Assembly: GCA_008632985.1 (NCBI GenBank)
Contig: QPGO01000243.1
Location: 1 to 64,000, forward strand
Length of the DNA: 64,000 nt
Direction of reading: 5' to 3'
From: Psammoneis japonica
Taxonomy: Eukaryota
The notes under the pieces are model-generated. The model did no database searches. It saw only the letters and a program-made list of their open reading frames with translations, and was not told where the DNA came from. This document shows, in pieces, positions 55,269-64,000 of the stretch (within the stretch, counting starts at the first letter, position 1; each line of letters opens with the position of its first letter). The position numbers were made by a program, and so were the translations under genes.

Positions 55269-56794
55269 TCACGCCTCTGATTTTATGACTTCACCACCAC
55301 CCAAAGAACTCCCCTCTGCTGCCGCAAAGAACTCTTCCCAACCCTCGATGATTTCTCTTTGCTTTTCATCTTGACAACGCCTCAAGTTTAGACACTCTCG
55401 CAACAGATTCCCACTCACATGAGGAGGAACCCGCGTGCAGCTCTGACACCACCCCGTCTTGGTGCAAATCTCCATTCCACACTGAACACTCGGAACCATG
55501 AGGCCGCATCGGACACACTCTTCACCGTCGGTGGGTTTATGAAAGGGCCCAAAGCGAGTCGCATTTCGGGCAATCCCCCCTCCCAGCACACTCTGTGCGG
55601 CCAAATGCCAATGCCCTGACGCATGTCCCACAACTCGTCGCTGCGGCCCTGCATTTTGGTTGGGAATTCGCGCAAACGATCCAAACGAATCTCACCGGGA
55701 AAGTCCTTGGCCTTGCTCAGTCGCATGCGATGCTCGTCTTCTCGTTCGAGCTGTCGACGCAAGTTGTGGAATCGGTTCTTGATGCCATTGTCGGTCCGTC
55801 CCGGAATCATCTTTGACATTTTGGCCCAGTGACTGCCAGTGGTGTTGTAGAGATGAAAAATCGTAGCGTCCTCTACAGGACTCCAGTCGGAAACCTTGAG
55901 CCGCGGATTCAAATGGTTGACATAACGCTCACGACATTGCTTTCCGGTGCGTTCCGGCATGGATTGAGCAACAATGGACCACTTCATGGGCATGCGCATG
56001 TTCTTGACGAGGCTCAGAAGAAGGGCGTCTTCTTCCTTGGTCCATGCTTTGGGTCCAGATTTGCGTTTCGCGGAAGCGCCAGAGCCTGGAGAACTTCCAC
56101 GTTTGGTACCGGTAGCACTGGATACCGATCCACCAGGAACACCACTCATAACTTGAGGATAGCCATAAGGAGGATGGTACGGGCCACCAGACGGCCCGTG
56201 ATAGGGCGGGTATGTAGTCGGTGGCATGCCATATCCCGGCGGAGGTGCAGAATACATTGGTCCACCTGAAGATCCGGGTGCAGTTGGACCACCTCCATAG
56301 GGAGGAGGATAGGGCTGTTGAGCCATACCCATGCCCCTTGGACGACCACCCATGGCCGGAGGCATACCCTGCCACTGCTTTTGATCCGGCGGGGATCCTC
56401 CCTGCTGCTGCGGCGGCGGCGGTTCATTTGTAAAGGGCGGAAGTCTTGAAGGCGGGTGACCAGGGGAATGGCGGTCTTGAGGAACCATTCTCTGTTCCAT
56501 GGCCGATGGTGACGGTGGTGCTTCCTGCTGCGGAGGGTCTTGGGGAGGAGGCTGTCGGCCCGGTGCGGTTTCGCCACTCTCACCAATCTTGACCCATTCG
56601 GTATCGTTGTCATCGTACTTGAGCAAGTGTTCCCCGGTGGCAGGATCGTATTGTTGAACCGTGCCCGCGTACCAGCTGTTGTCGACGGGCCAAAAGACAC
56701 GAACCTTTTTTCCAATCATGCAATCCGCACAGAAACTGATGAAAAACAGAGCAAAAGTTGAGTTTGTTATGAGATACTGCCGAACAGAGTCCAT
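55269..56794 (-). CDS. R2R3-MYB transcription factor with N-terminal Tudor-like domain and C-terminal Cys cluster
   Basis: IGKKVRVFWPVDNSWYAGTVQQYD...HLLKYDDND; WTKEED...RTGKQCRERYVNHL...WSPVED...PGRTDNGIKNRF. Start uncertain; frameshift near 55600. Confidence 0.85.
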
Positions 56795-57353
56795 TACTTC
56801 TCAGCAAAGGAAGCGACATCATGAGCAGCATTTTTAATCATAAGAAGGATGCCAACACAACATGATTTGTGTTGGATCGGCGAAGGTTACATGCTCGCGG
56901 CGGCACAACGGAAATCAATCACGTACAATTTCCACATACGACGTACCGTGGTTTCACGCCGGGTGGCAGTCCAGGGATATGCACGTCCGGATCGTCGCAT
57001 GCAAGCAAGGTGAGGCCTCTATTTTGACATCCTGCACATGCATCAAGTGCCTGAGGAGGCACAGCGCTCTGACCAGCGGCGTCGCTCGCCATGGTGACGG
57101 TCTCGAAGGCAATGTTGCCGCTGAATGTGAATTTGGTGGGTGCTGTACCACGTTTCCGTTGAATTGAAGTTGAAAAACCGCATTCACGTTGAAATTTTCG
57201 TTGAAACTTTAGATACGAATAAAAATAATAAACATATGTGACATTAAGATCTAAAGTATCTTTTTCACCCGTTGCATCGGGAAGTGCACACAAAAATCGG
57301 CAAGCAACGCAAACATGCCGATGATTATCCCGCTGATGCCGATGTCACCAAGA

Positions 57354-59763
57354 TTAATGCCTCTGATACCTCAGTCCGAGTAAGCGCCTGCTTGTGTCAC
57401 CCTCAAAAGGCTTTCCATCCTGTCGCTCTAATTGGAACAAATAGCCGGCTTCCTGAATGCACACATACAGCTTGGTCCCGTCGGGACTAAACGCAACACC
57501 AGTGGTTTCGTCGTTTTTAAAGCGATCATGAAACGCCTCAATCACTGTATAGAATCGGGTTCCATCGTACACGTACAGTCCAGGCGTTGCTCCTCCATCC
57601 TCGGTAAAGTAAATCAAATTGGAATGGCGAACGAGGTGGTCCGGGCCTGCTGTAAAACTACCCCCGCCCTCCAAAGCACCGAGACGAGTGCTTTGCACCG
57701 CATACGTTTGACGGTCCAGGTCCAAATGGAAAAGCTGCTTTGACTTTTTCGTGACAAACAAAAGCATCCCGTCGTCCGTCGTTATAATGCCTTCTGAAAA
57801 CTGGTAATTTTCAAAGGCCGACCGATTTCCCAAATGACGAGACGGCGTCCAGCGAAAGGTATAGTTCTCGGGAAAGAGCTCCAAGTAGTCAATATCGCCA
57901 TCTCCGTGCAGCATGGACCACGAAAAATTGGTAGCACTGCTTGGACTGAAACGACGGAGTGCTCCATACGCATGGTCCTCCGTAACAAAGAACCGTGGAC
58001 GATCCGGGTCGCGCAAGTCGTAGGCAAACGCTTCAAAACTACCACCACGCGCTTCCACAAGGTTGGTTTTTGCCGGTTTTCGCTGACCGGTAGGGTCCAC
58101 CTGCCAACATTGACCACGAGTGTACTCTTCACAAGATATCCACGTGTCCCAGGGTGTTGCTCCGCCATTGCAATTGCGTGTCGTGCCAGTCAATCTTGCT
58201 GAATAGTTTCGAATGCGTCCTTGTGCGTCAAATTCCAACGCATACACTCCACCATTGCGATTGGGCTTTTCGGAATTGCTGACATAGGTCCATCCACCAT
58301 CGTCCAGTTCAAACACGGCGGCGCCGTCGGGTTCGGCGTGAAAGTTGATGGACGACTGGGATTGAGTTGCGTCGGGGCTTGTGAATTTTACCCGTTGTCC
58401 GGACCGTGCGAGAACCTTGACGGTGAGACCCGAAGAGACCAAGAGGCCTTCTTGCCGTGCCGTCAAGTTGCCAAGATCGTACGGTTTAGGAATCGCGGAA
58501 TCAAACTCGGCGCATGTACTCGTTGACCAATCGTAGACGCCGCTGCAAGGATAGTTGCTGTACCCGCTGTTTGTGCCATCAGCCATCCAATTCGTTGGTC
58601 CTACCGATACGAGAGAGAATCAGATAAAGATGAGATTAGAAAATCGTTTCTGCGACTGAACAAAAACCAAGAGATAATCAAGCGTACCATTGACCCTGAT
58701 TGCTCCTCCCGCGTCTCGTGTCGCTACATTCATGGAAAAGCTTGAATCCGTAATCGTAAGGTGTGCCAACGATGATGGTTCACTGTTGATTGCACCGCCC
58801 TACGTGAAGCAAGAATGATCAAATGAGGATCAAAAGCAAGAAAGCGCAAATACAATGCAAAAGTTGTGACTTACAAACTGCAGAGAATATCGTAGGCAAG
58901 TTACAAGAGCAAGATCAAAAGGTGAGGAGCATGAAAAAGGAGGATACGAGTACCCAAAAGACATGTGAGTTCTCTCTTTACCTTTGCTGTGTTTTTCGTA
59001 AAGGTCGAGCCATAGAGTTTCAGATTTCCTCGACTGTAGATTGCGCCACCTCCACCCTGGACGGCTTCGTTACCATCAAAGAGGCAATTTGAAACAATCA
59101 AACTAGTACCTACTTCCGTTTTGATTGCGGCTCCTCTCCAACCAACGGTCGACGCAACATTTCTGGTCAAGAGGTAGTGTTAGTTTCTTCTGATCGCAAT
59201 ACAACATAAAGACCCCACAAGCAAACTTACCCTACAAATTCACAATTGCGCAAGAATTGCGTCTTGTACACTGACGGGGCAATCCGAACAGCAGACGCCG
59301 TTGCCTTTTCAAAGCGCATGCCGTCCATCACAACTTCGGCGTTTGCTCCCATGATTCGAACGTGGTTTCCCTCGCCTTCCAATATGCACTTATCCGTTGA
59401 CTTGACCTTTTCGCATGAAATAACAATCTGCTTCTTTATCATGAGAGTCGCATCTGGTGGCTTTATGACGTGAAAAGGACATAGAGTCAAGCTTTCTTGG
59501 GCTTGCCCAACCGCATTTACGAGTGCCGTCCACGATGAGTTAATCTGGGTACACGTGTCGTGCAAGGTTCGTTCGAGAAAGTCTCTCTTGGTTTTCTCTA
59601 TTGCCTCTGCGAGTGGACGATTCCATTCTGTTACCATATCAAGGAATGGGTTGGAAGCTTGAGAAGAAACAATCAGCCTCATCATTGCTAGAAGCACGCC
59701 GTAGCAACTGGCACGGTGTCGGTGTCGACTAGTGATTGCATCGCCGCCTTTGTTTTGCGTCAC
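57354..59763 (-). CDS. PhoX/DUF839-like alkaline phosphatase with N-terminal GGAI-repeat beta-helix region
   Basis: PDGAAVF, YVSNSE, NCNGGATPWDTWISCEE, YFTEDG, ETTGVAFSPDGTKLYVCIQ; upstream exons with FDGNEA..GGGAI, GGAIN, GGAIR linked by GT-AG introns. Start uncertain. Confidence 0.8.
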
Positions 59764-60156
59764 GACTCTTACTCTTCAACAACAAATGCGAATGCAAAAG
59801 GCCTCCCTTTTGGACAAGGATAGCATAAGGTCTCTTCGATTCCAAACGAGTATCGAACGAAACCACTCCGAATCCTTTCGTGACGACCAATTTTGATCCC
59901 GTGCCAAAAATCAATGAAACACGACTGAAAAACGTTAGCACATGCAACATGCATGCATGTCTGACCTGGTTTGGGTTGCCGCGATCTTTTTCCACAACCA
60001 CAACCCGGCCACCGTTTTATGCCAACGAGCGTTGGGAAATATGCAAGCTCGTTGAGTCCAATGCATTATCGCTTTGTTGCCATCGGTTCATTGATTTTTA
60101 TTCTATATTCTCGTGTCGATTGCTTTTTGCATTATCGAAGTCACACGCGTGCGAAA

Positions 60157-60878
60157 ATGTCGGCAAATCATTCCGAAGCCAAGATACCGACAAACACTGC
60201 ACCCAAGAACGACAAAATTACCATCCTTGGGTTTGGAAGTCTCTTGTCCGAAAAGAGCTCAAGGCTTACCTTTCCAGATTATCCAACTTTCGATTGGGTC
60301 GAATCCCACACTATCGACGTGTGTTTGGGCATCCTGCCGAGATCTTTTTCCAGCGTGGCATTGCAAACCTTGAAACTTTGGAAATCTCGTCGCTATCGGC
60401 TGAATACGATGAAGGAAACAAGGGTTTCGTTTGCTCTGTTTTCGAGGTTGAAAATGATGGCATGATGGAGGGAGGCATTCCAAGTATGGCTTTTTTGAAA
60501 CGAGAAGAAGAATTCGACATTGCAACAGTTCCCTTTGTTGACAACGGTACGCCATCAGAAGGAATATTGTGCAGGCGATCATCTGATGAAGCTTATATAG
60601 AGAGATGGGGGCAGGAGCATTTCAATAAACAGTATGGCCAATATGGCGTATCTACTATTTGGGGCTGGGAACGTAATTCAGGATTACGCCCTTGTGCCGT
60701 TTACTTGAGACACTGCGTTCTCGCAGCGAAATCTATGGGCACCGAATGCTACCAGTCCTTCCTCGACGAAACATTCTTGGTCGATCGAAAAACAACGATT
60801 CGTGACTATCTGGATCAGTTTCCCGACATTATGAATACCCAACCACCTCCTGATCTGACAGATCGATACGGAGGGTAA
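60157..60878 (+). CDS. Gamma-glutamylcyclotransferase (GGCT)-fold-like protein
   Basis: ITILGFGSLLSEKS then YRRVFGH and LKREEEF; frameshift near 60275. Confidence 0.6.
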
Positions 60879-61602
60879 CGAGTCATAAGCTCCTGTGATT
60901 GACACTACAAAAGCCAGTTGAAAAGGGTTCGATCGGGAGCTTTGGAATAGAGATTGCTTGTATTCATTATGTAACCTCTCCTCCTTGATCGTCTCTGACC
61001 AGTTGATCCCAAAACATTAGCTCTAGTCTGCGTATTTATGCGAACCTCTTTGCTGTAGGTGTCACTCTCTAGATGCTGTTTGAACGCGTCCATTGAAAAT
61101 AGGCAGAGTCAATGTCAGGCCAGGAGATTTCTTTTGAAGATTCGAGTTTATGGCAATGGGCAACTTGCCGCGAGAACCAGAATCTCGTTTCTGCCTTTCC
61201 TGTTCCACGAAGATCGGCGGCTCCAGACTTGGAGACGGTGTTCCATAGTCGACGAGTTTTCTTTTGCTTTTGATGCCTGCTGCGTGTTCCTCCAGTCAAT
61301 GGATAATACACTAGACCTAGAGTAGGGCCCTACCTGTAGAGGCCCTCTCTCTAGAGAAAGTAGTAGCTCTACTCTCTCTTGCTCTTACGGGGAGTAGCTA
61401 CAGTAGTAGAGAGTGCTGTAGTTGCTTCAGTCCCGCGCCATCTGTCGCACGACTGAATGACAGTCCACAATAAACGTTAAATAGTGGTTAAAGTATTTAT
61501 TCAGATTCCCAATCCGATCCGCGACCTTGATCCTCCGCCATCAGCCATCACAAATTCTCTTTTTCATTTTTTTTCACCCGATGAGACACATTACATCGAG
61601 AA

Positions 61603-63093
61603 GTGACACGAATCTATAATGAAAGGCTGTCTCCATCATTTGGTCTTGCTCCGGTCTTGCTCCTTATAACAGCCTCAGCCACGCACGCTGCAAAGAAGGT
61701 CTTCACTGTACCGTTCAAAGCTAGAGCACTGGATTTTACCTATGGAAAGGACAAGGATGCGAAAACTGGCAACTGTGGCGAAGGCATCGTCGATGCTGTC
61801 TACATTAATGATAATCCTACCTGCTCTGCTGAGTGCGCTATTGCATACACAACACGTGGGGAGTGGGTTGAGTACATATTTGAATCCAACAATGATGTGC
61901 ATGTCAATGTTGAGTTCTACTTTCCAGCACCTCGAGGGGCCGCAAAATTCTTCTCAAGCTCAACGGCAGTGACCTGGAGTATTGAAAGGTCCTGGACAAG
62001 GCTTAGAAAAGTTCAAAAAACGAAAAACTCAAACTCCAGTTTTGTTCAAGCTGGAGTCAAGCACAAGCTTCTCGTAAAATTCCTCGACGATGATGTCCGT
62101 CTCTGCTCTATCGACGTGTCGTTGGCAAGAAGGGTGTTTGAGGTACCATTTGTTGCCGAACGAAACGACTTTTCCTATCGCAATGGTACAAAGGATGCAG
62201 GAGAATGGGTTGCGTATAGGTTCAAGTCCAGCGTCGATCAGACCATCGACATCTCTGCGCGCCTTTCAAGTGACAACTACCCTCCTCCCCGCCTCCCCAT
62301 CAGGGTGAAGCTTGACGGCAAGAATGTGGGTGCATTCGAGGGACCAGACGGGGATCCTTGGGAGTATCAGAAACAAACGATATCCGGCATTGCCGTGAAG
62401 GGAGGAAAATGGCACACGCTTAAATTGAAATTCATTACGGGTGGCGTTAACGTTGCTTCCGTCAGCGTGTTCCCGAAAAGAAGCCAAGATGAACTGACGT
62501 TGTTTGCCAAGTACGACTGGCAGAATGGAGCCAAAGATGTTAGCAACTCATTTTTAAAACACGACGGAGTTCTAGATAGTGACGACGTAACAGCCAAAGA
62601 CGGAACACTCACTGTCGTTGGGTGTAAAGGCGTGGACCTTGGTTATATGGAAGAGCTTGACGAAGCATCTCTTTTCTTGTTGAGGTTCGAAGACGTCATT
62701 ATTCAGAGTGAAGGAGAATACAGTGTCTTCGCAGGTGGAGGCGAGGATTGGTGGTGGGTGGGACTAGATAGCCGTAAATTGGCGTTTAGTGTTGGAGGTT
62801 TTGGTGGCCCTGAACTCTTGGTTGAGGTAGAAGGGCTTAAAAGCGGAGCCTCTGAAAGAGTTCAGTACAGCTTCGACAGCATTGAGTACCGCTTCAATGG
62901 AACAGCCGTTCCAAGGAAACGCCTTGCTATCCGTTACAATGATGGTGAATGGGTGGAAGGTGGGTGGAAGCAGCCCGATTTGATGCGCACGCTCAGTTCC
63001 AGAGAGACAGTTCGAATCAACGACAGTTGTCGTGCTGATTGGGATGTGTTCAACGGGAGTGTTGGTACAGTTTACTTTTATGCTAACCTTTAA
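61603..63093 (+). CDS. Secreted protein with two CBM6-like beta-sandwich modules
   Basis: Hydrophobic N-terminus (LAPVLLLITASATHA); IAYTTRGEWVEY and AGEWVAY...HTLKLKFITGGVNV. Confidence 0.6.
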   Translation: MTRIYNERLSPSFGLAPVLLLITASATHAAKKVFTVPFKARALDFTYGKDKDAKTGNCGEGIVDAVYINDNPTCSAECAIAYTTRGEWVEYIFESNNDVHVNVEFYFPAPRGAAKFFSSSTAVTWSIERSWTRLRKVQKTKNSNSSFVQAGVKHKLLVKFLDDDVRLCSIDVSLARRVFEVPFVAERNDFSYRNGTKDAGEWVAYRFKSSVDQTIDISARLSSDNYPPPRLPIRVKLDGKNVGAFEGPDGDPWEYQKQTISGIAVKGGKWHTLKLKFITGGVNVASVSVFPKRSQDELTLFAKYDWQNGAKDVSNSFLKHDGVLDSDDVTAKDGTLTVVGCKGVDLGYMEELDEASLFLLRFEDVIIQSEGEYSVFAGGGEDWWWVGLDSRKLAFSVGGFGGPELLVEVEGLKSGASERVQYSFDSIEYRFNGTAVPRKRLAIRYNDGEWVEGGWKQPDLMRTLSSRETVRINDSCRADWDVFNGSVGTVYFYANL

Positions 63094-63285
63094 TATCATA
63101 GCCTTCGTTATATTCAGCTGTCCTTGCCTAGTCTTCTAGTAGATACTTAGATAATCAAAGAAGAGGGTCAAAGCAATTGCATAATGGGACGAATGAGGTT
63201 GTACGTGTTCGTGGAATGGGATTTGAAGCACATCCACGACTGAACTCGCGACTCAACCCAAAGCGCGACGACAGACGACAGAAGA

Positions 63286-64000
63286 TGATGGTGTGCGCCG
63301 CAGTGTTCCATGTTGTGGTGCTTGCGACGGCAACTGTATTCTGAATGGGTCATAGCAGCAGCCGCCGTCGTCTTCGTGATAGTTCGCTGAAGACGAAACA
63401 CCCCGAAGAGCTTTGGCGGGACGCATTGACCAGAGAGTTGGGAAATGGGGCGACAATTCAGATTGTTGGTATTTCTTCCGCAACACACACTGCTTTTGCA
63501 CGTTCTGTTGCTGACGAGGGATCTGAGGTATCACTTTACCAGATTGTTGAGAGTATCGTTGAAGAAAGAGGGTCTTTTATCCGTTCTGGTGGAGGAGCTT
63601 ACTGTAACAATGAGATCTCAGACTTGACAGTCGACAGTGCAACTACTCACGGACATTTACCATCGGCAATTGAGCTCTTCGAGCTGGGCTCTGTATGGGT
63701 ATTGACACAAATCGAAGGAAGGAATTGTCCTAGACGAGCTTCACTGAGTGATCAGTACGTGGTCCCAGATTGGGGTAGTACTACTATCAGGGTGCACTAC
63801 AAACCGAAACGTTTTCCGGCTGCCTGCCAAGTTGAATGGGGCAAGTATTGTTCAGGGGTTAGTTTTTGCACAATCAGCGAATCTGATTATGTACAGTCAG
63901 AAAAGCGCAATACCGACATGCCATCCTCATTTGGAGCTATTGTTTATGAGGTAAGAAGCCATTTACTTTGCGGTACGGTTTCTCGTACCTTCTCTTCGGA
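63286..64000 (+). CDS. 5' part of a probable RluA-family RNA pseudouridine synthase (runs off the window)
   Basis: Open frame not in the ORF track: ...ELFELGSVW...IRVHYKPKRFP...GAIVYE followed by a GTAAGA donor near 63951. Catalytic motif not in window. Confidence 0.45.

Noticed and set aside
39338..59763. SPX plus PhoX as a phosphate gene cluster
   Set aside because: About 16 kb apart with eight unrelated genes between them; may be chance.
39338..63093. Frameshifts in SPX, CorA, ankyrin, ADH, PRORPs, MYB and GGCT-like genes as pseudogenisation or programmed frameshifting
   Set aside because: Too frequent, in unrelated conserved genes and often near short homopolymers; assembly indels are the simpler explanation. 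Needs read polishing.

Overview
Eukaryotic nuclear DNA, most consistent with a pennate diatom (short GT-AG introns, ZEP, PRORP, RXL-type secreted proteins). Three gene-bearing segments (1-6.2 kb, 26.4-31.1 kb, 39.1-64 kb) alternate with two transposon-rich blocks (~6.5-26.3 kb and ~31.4-39.0 kb). The strongest signal is that both repeat blocks have lost almost all TpA, and many CpG, dinucleotides through transitions to TpG/CpA. Four internal controls show this: a mutated copy of the SPX 5' end against the intact gene, the two TIRs of one transposon, a 1.8-kb tandem duplication straddling a block edge, and Tyr->Cys/His swaps in conserved transposon motifs. It looks like a repeat-domain hypermutation process running opposite to fungal RIP. 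Block 1 also holds a 5.1-kb IS630/Tc1 (DD34E) element with ~560-bp TIRs and two convergent genes. Host genes: eIF2A, a secreted GACC-repeat protein, a bacterial-type lipase-like multidomain protein, SPX, CorA, ankyrin protein, ZEP, Zn-ADH, two convergent PRORPs, RAD52, Tudor-MYB, PhoX-like, GGCT-like, CBM-like and a probable pseudouridine synthase. Many host genes carry frameshifts that are probably assembly indels. All family calls come from motif recognition by eye; no searches were run.
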